This document shows, one piece after another, positions 1 through 8,701 of a stretch of DNA of 64,000 nucleotides. The notes under the pieces were generated by a model. The model was not told the DNA's origin. It ran no database searches and was given only the letters and a program-made list of their open reading frames with translations. The first letter of the stretch is position 1. Every line of letters starts with the position of its first letter. The stretch comes from Candidatus Gastranaerophilales bacterium (lineage in GTDB: Bacteria > Cyanobacteriota > Vampirovibrionia > Gastranaerophilales > Gastranaerophilaceae), in NCBI GenBank assembly GCA_944325625.1, contig CALVAP010000001.1, positions 9,649 to 73,648 on the forward strand, given 5' to 3'. A program made the translations under genes and the position numbers.

Positions 1-1490
1 TCGTCAGAGAGTGAAAGTATGACAAAATCAATTGCACTCTGAGGATTTTCTTTAAGTAACTCATTTATTTTTTCTTCTATTGTATTTGTCAGTTCTTCAT
101 CGGTTATATACTCAAGTAGTTTTGTCAGAGCTGAGTATGCTTGTATTTTATCGGTGGCGTTTAGTGAGGTGTCATTCACAAAAATGTTAACTAAATTGCC
201 AATATTATTGTTCATGTTATCTACAGTATTTTCTAGTATTGTTTTTCCTGGAACGTTATATGTCGATATTGAATTTTTAATTGAATTAGCCGTTTTTTCA
301 TAGGAATCAATCAGTAGTTCAAATTTCTCAGGGTAACTCAATGACGAATCATTGACAATATCATCGTTTATTTCGTTAATGGTTGTATTCAATTTATTCA
401 AAGTAGTTTCCAACAATTCTTTTCCTGTGCCAAAGTTAGTTGGTATTGAATCTTTGATCGATTTAATAGTGTTATTGAATATGCTATCTATAAGATTAAC
501 TTTGTTAGTATTGCTCAATTTTTCGTCATTGTCTATAATATCAGTTAATTCTACAGCATAGGCAGTTAAGCTATCTAAAATCGGGTTAAATATTTTATTT
601 TGAGTGTTCATGTAGTTAGAGACTGAGTCATCAATGAAATTTATTCTTGAGTTGAAAGAGCTATTAAAAATTTGAACTTTATCAGCATCACTCAATTCTT
701 CACTATTGAGCATAGTATTTATAAAACTGTTAATAGAAGTATTTAGATTATTAAATATCTCTATATACTTTTCTCGATCTGCTACTTGATATACAGACAT
801 TGCACCTATAGTGAAATTCCCTGTATTTGTGAATAGATTATTTAAAAGTTCAACCTTGTCGGTACAGTTTATTCTATCGTCATTTGATATAATTTCGATT
901 AAGCTGTGAGAAGATGTAACCAGATTATTTAAAGCAGTTTCCAATAACTCTTTTCCTACACCGCTTGAAGTAGATATTGAGTCTTTAATTAATTTTGCAG
1001 TGCCACTATATGAACTGTTCAAAAGTTCAACCTTATCAGAATTGCTTATTGTATTATCATTGAGTATGTTGCTGCTTAGGTTGTTAATGGATGTATTTAA
1101 GTTGTTTAAAGCAGTCACCATAACTTCTTTACCATCACTCAAGAAGGTGTTTATTGTGTTATCAACATTTTGTATTGCAGTAGAAACAGTACTGTTTAGG
1201 AGGTTTATTTTTTCTGTGTAACTTAGGGTTTCATCGTTCACAGAATTACTACTTAATTTATTTACGATATCAACCAATTTTTCACATAGACTTTTAGCAT
1301 ATTCTTCTCCAGGGGAGGTATTGATATTCAACTTGTTTTTCAAAGCCAGAACAGTGTTATTAAAGTCATTAAAAAGTTGACTGATGTTAGAATTACTAAT
1401 AGTTGAATCTGTTGAAATTGTTTCGAGTAATTTGTCTGCAATAGTGTCATAAGCCTGTAGTGTAGATGCTAGTATTTCTTTTCCACCAGA
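1..1490 (-). repeat. Tandem degenerate ~59-aa (~177-nt) coding repeats, at least 8 units, inside the large protein
   Basis: Translating the minus strand gives successive units starting GGKEILASTL, PGEEYAKSLC, DGKEVMVTAL, GKELLETALN, DREKYIEIFN, QNKIFNPILD, GKELLETTLN, GKTILENTVD. They share the pattern GKE-L---LN-LNTSIN-(9)-ND--LS--DKV-LLNS-(10)-IKDSIST. Confidence 0.6.
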
Positions 1491-3228
1491 TGTATGGACA
1501 TTAGTGCTTTCATCAATAAGGGTTATAAAACTTGTTAGTCCATTGTTTATAGTATTAAATAGGTCATTAGTTGTCATTGTATTGCTATCTATAGCGTCAA
1601 TATATATTGAGGCTAGTTTTTCACTTGCACTTTTTAATTCATTAGAAATTGCTTCTTCTCTTTTATTGTAGGATAGTGATTTAAATGACTCTATTGTTTG
1701 TGCGGTTTGTAGATTTAGTTCATTTGTTTGTGCCTCAATTTCTTCTATTTGAGCGGTGTTACTATTTGTTGTTTGAATAACCTCTTGAGCTGGAGCTTGA
1801 ACTTCATCTTGAGAGTCCATATCTACAGCGGGAGTAACAACCTCTTGAGCTGGAGCTTGAACTTCATTTGCTTGGGGATTTGAATTTTCATTGTCATCTG
1901 AGGGCGCAGGTTGTTCAACTTTATCAGTAGTTGCAATATTTTTGTCTTCATTATCCACAGTGGAGGAAAGGTTTCTAAGTATTTCTATTTTCTGGTCTAT
2001 TTCATTAATTTTGGCATTAATACTTGTAAGTGTTTGAGAATATTCTTGCGAAGCTGCGATATCATCTTCGGTATAAAAACTGCCATCAGCATTTGTGTTT
2101 GTCATTTTTTCTAAATACTTTTGATTTGCTTCAAGGATTTGAGCTTGAAGTATTGGTTTTTCTGCTTCGAGTTTTTCAATCAGTTGTTTTCTTTGTTCTT
2201 CCAAAGAGATTGCATTTTCTGTTTCAGTAGTAACAGTCGTTTGGGGTTGTTGTTCCGTTGTTGCTTCTTCTATAGTTGGGGCTTCTGTTGTAATCACTGG
2301 TTCTTCGTCTACTGTTTGTTGTGGTTCTTCCTGAATAATTTGTTCAACAACCTGAGCAGAATTGACTTCATTGGTGTCAAAGTTTTCTATGGGGGCTTGT
2401 ATAATATCATTTGTTGTGTTACCAATGAAAATATTTGTATTATTATCAGTCTTGTCTTCTTTTACACTATTTTTTGTTGGTGTTTGGACGGTTTCCTTTT
2501 GCAAAATAAGCTGTTCCAGTTCATTTTTTGCTTTTTCAAGTGCTTCTTGTTTTGCATTGATTTGTTCGGAATATTCTTTACCAGTCATTTGTATGTTCGC
2601 TTGTTTTAGTAATGCATCATTGTATGCTTCTTCTGCATTTTCTAGCTTTGTTGTTGATTGAGTAAAGGTGTTTTGTGCTAGATTAAGCTCATTTTGTGCT
2701 TTTTTATAACTGTTTTGTGTATTACTCAATGATATTCTGGCAATCGTAATTTGAGTGAGTATTCTTGCTGTTTTTTGTTTACTAGATTCTTCTATGAGTT
2801 GATTCAATTTTTCTTGAGCATTATCGTATTTAGTCTTTTCTTCGTTAACAATTTTTTCTGCTTTTTCTAGTTGTGCTTGTGCTTTTTCTTTTTCAACTAC
2901 CGCATTTTCTACATTTTTTTGTAATTGTTCAATTTCTTTATTACTGTTTTTATCAAGCGAAATTTGATACTCGTGCTCTTTTAGTTCAAGCTCTTTGAGT
3001 TCTGTTTCTAGGGTTGATATTGTTGTTTGTTTTTGTTGTATTTGGTTTTCCAAACTATTGTTGTCTTTTAATATTGATATAAATTCTTGACTGGAACCAT
3101 TATCGTTTGAGTCAAATAGCTCTTCTACTAGTTCATTGTTCTCTTCATCGGCAGTTTGTGCTTCAATCGAAATGTTTGAATTAATGTTAACAACTTTGTT
3201 TAACGAATTGATACTAAAATCAGTCATG
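1..3228 (-). CDS. Large coiled-coil / tandem-repeat protein, partial (C-terminus lies beyond window start)
   Basis: ATG at 3226-3228 (minus) preceded by AAGGAGAAGAG RBS. The frame stays open to position 1 (1076 codons). It is missing from the ORF track only because it has no stop inside the window. N-terminal E/K/Q/L heptad-rich sequence, P/Q/E/T-rich linkers, then >=8 degenerate ~59-aa repeats. No signal peptide seen. Confidence 0.8.
1779..1867 (-). repeat. Perfect 29-bp direct repeat with 60-bp period inside the large CDS
   Basis: aacctcttgagctggagcttgaacttcat occurs at 1779-1807 and again at 1839-1867. On the coding strand both copies encode EVQAPAQEV. Confidence 0.9.
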
Positions 3229-3511
3229 CTCTTCTCCTTAAGTTAGTAATAATTTGATAATATGAAAAACTTCGGTCCAAATGCAGAAAACTTTAAAAAA
3301 ATAGGACTAAGCGATTTATAAATTTACAAATTTTTACATTGTAAATATAACCCAAAAGACACAAAAACCACACTGGGAATAAAGTAGTCATTCATAATTT
3401 TGATAATATAATTGTGAATATATTGAGTTTTGAATTTCAAATATTTTGCAAATGAAATATTACAAATCTTAAACAACCTGCCAGCTTGTAACTTAATGCT
3501 AAAATGTTTAT

Positions 3512-5575
3512 ATGGCAAGAGTTTTATTTATTTCAAATGATGAGCATAAGATTTCGACTTTGCAAGCGATTTTGACAAAAAATATGCTTGATATTGAAGT
3601 TGTCTGTGAAGAAGGTAAGATTTTTGAAAATATTCAGAGTTTTTTTCCTGATTTAATCTTGTTGGATACTGCTTTTGAATGTTCAGATATAGTTGTCTTG
3701 GCTAAGAAGATTAAGATTAATACGCAGACGGATAATATCATATTTTCACTCATAGTTAATAGCGATTGTGATAATCAAGATTTGTTGAAAACGGCGTTCT
3801 CTTACATTGTAGAGCCTATGAATGAGAAAATTCTGGTTTCAACAATAATGTCTAATATAAGGATGAAAAATTCGTTAGACGTGTTGTCAAAAAACAATGC
3901 TGATTTAGCAAAGAGTCTTTATCAGCTGGATGTTTTATACAACACAAGTACACGGTTTGCGGGTTCCTTGGATAGAGAAAAACTTGTTGATATTATGCTC
4001 GAGGGTTTGGAAAAAAGTTTGAGTTTTAATATGTCATATATTCTGCTTTTTAACAGTGATGATGATATAAAGCTCATTATCAATTCGTTGCATCCGCTAT
4101 CAGAACGTTTTGAGCAGGCAGTTAAACTTAGGGCAATGATATCTTACAAGTCTTTGTTTGATAAAAAGCAAATGCCTTATGCTATAAAACCTGAGAATAT
4201 AAATGTTGAAAGACGGATTAAGCACCCTTATGTTGAATATGATTTACCAGTGTTGAATTATGATAATATGTTTGCTCCGATTACGGTTGGTGAAAAGTTT
4301 TTCGGAGTTATAGAAGTTTTTCGAGAAGAAGAGTTTAAGAGTGAAGATGCTACGTGTTTTCAAACTCTTTCGAAGCAAGTTTCAATTCCTTTAGAAACTG
4401 CTACATTATATGATGAAATAAAGCAGACGAATACAAAGTTAGAGAATTTGGAGCGGATGAAGTCTGAATTTATTTCTATAGTTTCTCATGAATTAAGGAC
4501 TCCATTAACCGCGATAAAGAACTCGTTGGGAATATTAAAAGGCGGTACGGCTGGGGAGACTACTCCGGTAATGGATAAATTTTTAGGACTGGCTGAGAGA
4601 AACGTTTTGCGTCTGAAAGGAATTATTAATGATTTGCTCGATTTATCAAAGATTGAAGCCGGAAAAATGAAATATACATTTGAACGAGCAGATATAATAA
4701 CTCCGATAGAGGCGGTTAAGAATACGTTAGAGAACCTTATAAAAGAGAAGAATATTAATTTTTCGCTTGATATAGAAGATTCGCTTCCTTTGGTTTTTAT
4801 AGATACATTAAGGATCGAGCAGGTTGTTACAAATTTAATTTCAAATGCAATAAAATTTACGCCTGAAAATGGGGAAATAAAAGTTAGTGTCAAGTTATGT
4901 TCCGGAGTTGAGCTAAATCAAGCAGAATTAGCTCCTGATATGGATTATATAACAGTATCGGTAAAAGATTCCGGTATTGGTATAGAACAGGAAAATTTGG
5001 AAAAAGTTTTTGATAAGTTCCAGCAAATAGAAAGTTCTTTGTCCAGAAAAATTGGAGGAACAGGTTTAGGGCTACCTATAGCAAAGCAGCTTGTTGACGC
5101 GCATAAGGGGGCTATTTGGGTTGAAAGTGTAATAAATCAGGGGTCAAATTTTACTTTTGCGGTTCCGGTGTTGAATGACTTTGAAATTTTCAAGTCAGAT
5201 TTAGAGAAACAGCTTGTAAGCGCAAAGGCAAATAATTATAAACTCGGGATTGTCAAAATAAGTGAAAAAACCCAAGGGGCAAGTTTTATAGAAGATATTT
5301 TGTCCGGTGACATAAGCATAATAAGAAAGACAACAAATGTTAAAGATTACGCTATGATAGAGGGCAATTGCAAGGTTCTTTATTATACTGTTATGCAGAT
5401 GGACAGATACGCATTGAATTTTGTAGGGAAAAAGATAGATGGATTTATTAATTCAGAGCCAAAATACAAAAAATGTGATATATTGTTTTCAACAGCGTTA
5501 TATCCTGATGATGAAATGACGGTAGAGGCGCTGATAGAAAGATTAAGAACAAATACAATAGAAGTTAAGAGTTAG
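3512..5575 (+). CDS. Hybrid sensor histidine kinase (receiver-like N-domain, GAF-like, HisKA, HATPase_c, extra C-terminal domain)
   Basis: 687-aa ORF. N-terminal receiver-like fold (DLILLD Asp context, but the usual KP is EP). H-box SHELRTPLTAI. N/G1/G2 boxes NLISNAIKFT, DSGIGI, GGTGLGL. About 135 further residues follow the kinase core. Confidence 0.9.
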   Translation: MARVLFISNDEHKISTLQAILTKNMLDIEVVCEEGKIFENIQSFFPDLILLDTAFECSDIVVLAKKIKINTQTDNIIFSLIVNSDCDNQDLLKTAFSYIVEPMNEKILVSTIMSNIRMKNSLDVLSKNNADLAKSLYQLDVLYNTSTRFAGSLDREKLVDIMLEGLEKSLSFNMSYILLFNSDDDIKLIINSLHPLSERFEQAVKLRAMISYKSLFDKKQMPYAIKPENINVERRIKHPYVEYDLPVLNYDNMFAPITVGEKFFGVIEVFREEEFKSEDATCFQTLSKQVSIPLETATLYDEIKQTNTKLENLERMKSEFISIVSHELRTPLTAIKNSLGILKGGTAGETTPVMDKFLGLAERNVLRLKGIINDLLDLSKIEAGKMKYTFERADIITPIEAVKNTLENLIKEKNINFSLDIEDSLPLVFIDTLRIEQVVTNLISNAIKFTPENGEIKVSVKLCSGVELNQAELAPDMDYITVSVKDSGIGIEQENLEKVFDKFQQIESSLSRKIGGTGLGLPIAKQLVDAHKGAIWVESVINQGSNFTFAVPVLNDFEIFKSDLEKQLVSAKANNYKLGIVKISEKTQGASFIEDILSGDISIIRKTTNVKDYAMIEGNCKVLYYTVMQMDRYALNFVGKKIDGFINSEPKYKKCDILFSTALYPDDEMTVEALIERLRTNTIEVKS

Positions 5576-5584
5576 GGGAGTGCA

Positions 5585-5956
5585 ATGCCTGAAAACAAGA
5601 AGATATTAATAGTAGATGACGAACAGGATATAGTAGAAACATTGAAGTTTATACTAGAGGCGCAGGGGTATACTTGTTTTTGTGCATACAATGGGGAAGA
5701 CGGATTAAATCAAGCAAAAGAGATTATGCCGGATTTGATTATTCTAGATGTCATGATGCCCAAAATTAACGGCTATAAAATTTCACGTTTGTTAAAGTAT
5801 GATACAAAATATAAAGATATTCCGATAATTATGGTTACAGCAAGGTCTCAAGAGCAGGATAAACTTATTGGAGAAGAAACAGGGGTGAATGAATATATCT
5901 CAAAACCTTTTGAAATAGAAGAAATACTCGAAGTTGTGAAAAAATATTTGGGATAG
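5585..5956 (+). CDS. Stand-alone CheY-like response regulator receiver
   Basis: 123 aa. Motifs IVDDEQD, LIILDVMMP, MVTA and SKPF are the canonical receiver residues. RBS GGGGAG. Starts 9 nt after the kinase stop. Confidence 0.92.
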   Translation: MPENKKILIVDDEQDIVETLKFILEAQGYTCFCAYNGEDGLNQAKEIMPDLIILDVMMPKINGYKISRLLKYDTKYKDIPIIMVTARSQEQDKLIGEETGVNEYISKPFEIEEILEVVKKYLG

Positions 5957-5959
5957 ATA

Positions 5960-7339
5960 ATGGAAGCTTTAAGTAACAAAACTCTCGAAAAATTAAAATA
6001 TGACCTGGTACGTGACAATATTGTTTCTTATGAAACAATAGAGAAGGCACAAGAGCTTGCAGCAGCGCAAAATATTAATCTGGGACAGGTTTTGATTAAT
6101 TTGGGTGTAATAAAAGAAGAAGCACTTTTAAAGTTTTTGGAATCAAAACTTCATATTCCTTATGTTAATTTAGATGATTATTCTCTGGATACAAAGTGTT
6201 TGGAGCTTATAAGTTTTAATGATGCCCAAAAATATAAAATCATTCCGCTGTTTAAGATAGAGGACGTGTTGACAGTTGCCATGGCAGATCCCCTTGATTT
6301 GTTTGCAATCGAAAAAATTCTTGAGAAAGTTGATTTTGAAATTGAACCGGTAATATCGTCTGAAAACTCTGTTATGAAAAAGATTGAAGAATATTACAAG
6401 ACGGAGCATACGGTTGGACAGATTTATATTGATGAAACGCAACCCAAATTTGACTGGAGAGATGAAATTCATAACGAAAATCTTTCGGAAGAACATATTC
6501 AAAAGATTATTCGTTCCATTCTAAAACAAGCAATATTGGAGAATGTTCATGAATTATTTTTTGAACATGGTGCCAACGGGTTGGGAGTTAATTTTAAAAA
6601 GAATGGAGAAGTTATTCAAAAGGGTTTTGTACCTGATTTATTGGTGTCGCCCTTTATAATGCGGTTAAAATTTCTTTCTAATTTGGATCCTCAAGTGTCA
6701 GAAATTCCGCAACTCGGGAAGCTTTCTTTCAAAGTAGATGATTTGTCCTTGATAGCAAGTGTATCAGCTTTTCCGATAATACAGGGTGAAAGGATTGCCA
6801 TAAAAATCTATAAACCCCCGCAAAGGCTTGAGAACTTGCAACTGGATACTCAAAAAAGAGCATTGCTTAAGGATGCATTTAATGTTCCTGGAATTATTCT
6901 TGTAAGCGGTGCAAATCTAAGTGGAAAAACGCATTTTATATATTCGTTACTTTCTGAAGTCGGTGACAGTGCTAAAAATGTTATGACGATTGAATCTATA
7001 ACCAAGTATGACTTACCAAATGTCAATCAGTGTGAGCTTAATGAAAATATAGGTTTTAACCTTGATAAGGCAATGAGATTTATAGAGTTCCAATCGCCGG
7101 ATGTTATATACTTTGAAGGAATAGCAACACGCGAGGGTTTAGATTATTTCTCAAGTCTTGTGTTCAAGAATAAGGTTTTAATTACTGAGTTTTTGGCAAA
7201 TAATTTTGATGACTTAAGAAAAAAACTTGCTTATCCGGAGTTTGCAATGTTTAAATCTCTGTTGAGTTGCCTTGTATTTATGCATAGTCAGGATAGTATT
7301 GAGATTTTTGATAAAGAAGCTTTAGAAAAATATTTGTAA
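5960..7339 (+). CDS. PilB/GspE-family protein with T2SSE_N (MshEN-like) N-domain and degenerate ATPase core
   Basis: 459 aa. N-domain YETIEKAQELAAAQNINLGQVLINLGVIKEEALLKFL and IIPLFKIEDVLTVAMADPLD are typical T2SSE_N. Walker A is GANLSGKT. The Asp box reads TIESITK, Walker B reads PDVIYFEGIAT, and the His box position reads KNKVLITEFLAN with no His. The protein is shorter than canonical PilB. Confidence 0.75.
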   Translation: MEALSNKTLEKLKYDLVRDNIVSYETIEKAQELAAAQNINLGQVLINLGVIKEEALLKFLESKLHIPYVNLDDYSLDTKCLELISFNDAQKYKIIPLFKIEDVLTVAMADPLDLFAIEKILEKVDFEIEPVISSENSVMKKIEEYYKTEHTVGQIYIDETQPKFDWRDEIHNENLSEEHIQKIIRSILKQAILENVHELFFEHGANGLGVNFKKNGEVIQKGFVPDLLVSPFIMRLKFLSNLDPQVSEIPQLGKLSFKVDDLSLIASVSAFPIIQGERIAIKIYKPPQRLENLQLDTQKRALLKDAFNVPGIILVSGANLSGKTHFIYSLLSEVGDSAKNVMTIESITKYDLPNVNQCELNENIGFNLDKAMRFIEFQSPDVIYFEGIATREGLDYFSSLVFKNKVLITEFLANNFDDLRKKLAYPEFAMFKSLLSCLVFMHSQDSIEIFDKEALEKYL

Positions 7340-7349
7340 GGAGAACATT

Positions 7350-7607
7350 ATGACGCAACCGTTTCAAACACAGCAACAAATAAAAACAAGAATATCTGTA
7401 ATTATATTTTTAAAAGGGAATGCAGCACCATTGGTTTTGTACGTTGATAATCCCAATGAGCTTTACGAAGAATGTCTGTCCTATTTAAAATTGCCAACTA
7501 CGACGAAATTGATAGAAAAGGAAACAACAGGACCGATAAAGAAAGTAGCATTTATGGCAAATCAAATTTCAGGAGTTGCACTACAAGAAGAACAATATCT
7601 GCAATAA
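7350..7607 (+). CDS. Hypothetical 85-aa protein, last gene of the kinase operon
   Basis: Strong RBS AAGGAGAA 5 nt before the ATG. Starts 10 nt after the preceding stop. No motif I recognise. Confidence 0.6.
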   Translation: MTQPFQTQQQIKTRISVIIFLKGNAAPLVLYVDNPNELYEECLSYLKLPTTTKLIEKETTGPIKKVAFMANQISGVALQEEQYLQ

Positions 7608-7620
7608 TATCGGGTACATA

Positions 7621-7839
7621 CTATTTAAGCGGTAAAAGAGTATTCAAATCTACATCCAGAGCAACAGCAATAGCTATGATTGTAGATAATGTCGGGTTTG
7701 CAATTTCTCTTTCTATTGTGCTGATTGTATCCAGTGATAAATCAGCAAGTTCGGCCAATTTTAGCTGAGATATTTTATTTCTTGCTCGTTCAATTCTGAT
7801 GTTTTGAGCGAGTTTTTTATAGTACTGTTGCATATCCAT
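7621..7839 (-). CDS. XRE (Cro/C1) family helix-turn-helix transcriptional regulator
   Basis: 72 aa. ISQLKLAELADLSLDTISTIEREIANPTLSTIIAIAVAL matches the HTH_3 pattern. Confidence 0.8.
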   Translation of the reverse strand: MDMQQYYKKLAQNIRIERARNKISQLKLAELADLSLDTISTIEREIANPTLSTIIAIAVALDVDLNTLLPLK

Positions 7840-7883
7840 AGTTTTATTTTATGCTATTGATTTATGAAATAACATATGCTATC

Positions 7884-7921
7884 ACCCTAATAATGCAGAA
7901 TATATCATGTGTTATTAGGGT
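7884..7921. promoter_or_regulatory. 10-bp inverted repeat (candidate operator) between XRE gene and pilin-like gene
   Basis: ACCCTAATAA (7884-7893) and TTATTAGGGT (7912-7921) are perfect reverse complements, 18 bp apart, in the divergent intergenic region. Confidence 0.35.
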
Positions 7922-7943
7922 TTGATACTAAAGAGGAAGTATT

Positions 7944-8633
7944 ATGTTATGTTTAGATAAAAAGGGTTTTGCGTTGGCAGAAGTATTGATTACGCTTGTA
8001 ATTATTGGAGTGATAGCGGTGCTGACAATTCCAAATTTGGTTGTAAAATATCAGAAACATATTTTAGAAACTCAATTAAAAAAAGTTTTTTCGGTAGTAT
8101 CAGAGGGGGTTTCTTCGGCTATAGTTAAAAGTGGTGCGGTTTCCGACTGGCCATGGGATGATGTTGATGCATTAGAAAAAGAAGTATTATCTAGTAATTT
8201 CAAGTATGAAAAGGTTTACAAATTTCGTCAACCAGTAACAGAGAGCAAATATTTTTGCGATGCCAAGTATAATTACCAGTGGATTAATGGTTCTGGTATT
8301 ACTTCCCCACTTCCGGGAGGTGCTCAAAGTCCGGTAGGAATTGAGTTTGAAGATGGGACGTGTGTGGTAATGGATAAAAGAGGATATGTGTTTTTTGATA
8401 TAAATGGTTCAAAAGTTTTACCTAATCAGCTGGCAAGAGATTTATTTTTCTTGAAGATTGATGAAAAAAAAGGAGTGTTGACTAGCATGTCTACAGGTGA
8501 GAGCATGTGTCCTGACGTGATATCATCATATCCTGTATCGGGTCCACATCTGGGAACAAGTTGTATCTGGCGTATTATCAGAGATGGATGGAAAATTACA
8601 TATGATTATGAAAATATAAAGAGAAAAAAATAA
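7944..8633 (+). CDS. Prepilin-type N-terminal cleavage/methylation domain protein (type IV pilin / pseudopilin-like)
   Basis: MLCLDKKG|FALAEVLITLVIIGVIAVLTIP gives the G|F-x-x-x-E motif plus a hydrophobic helix. RBS AGAGGAAG. Confidence 0.8.
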   Translation: MLCLDKKGFALAEVLITLVIIGVIAVLTIPNLVVKYQKHILETQLKKVFSVVSEGVSSAIVKSGAVSDWPWDDVDALEKEVLSSNFKYEKVYKFRQPVTESKYFCDAKYNYQWINGSGITSPLPGGAQSPVGIEFEDGTCVVMDKRGYVFFDINGSKVLPNQLARDLFFLKIDEKKGVLTSMSTGESMCPDVISSYPVSGPHLGTSCIWRIIRDGWKITYDYENIKRKK

Positions 8634-8701
8634 AATCTTTCAAATCTTTTGTTTTTGTGTCTTAATTAATACAAAGAGAGCACAAATAAGGAACTAGATA
8701 A

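Noticed and set aside
1779-1867. Whether the 29-bp repeat with regular spacing could be a CRISPR array.
   Set aside because: There are only two copies, they lie in frame inside a continuous ORF, they have no palindromic repeat structure, and no cas genes are in the window.
3324-3518. 64-aa minus ORF in the divergent promoter region between the giant gene and the kinase gene. The 96-aa ORF at 24571..24861 upstream of the HEAT-repeat gene was considered with it.
   Set aside because: Neither has an RBS. Both overlap the start of a well-supported gene or its promoter region. Their hydrophobic low-complexity translations are typical of AT-rich intergenic DNA.
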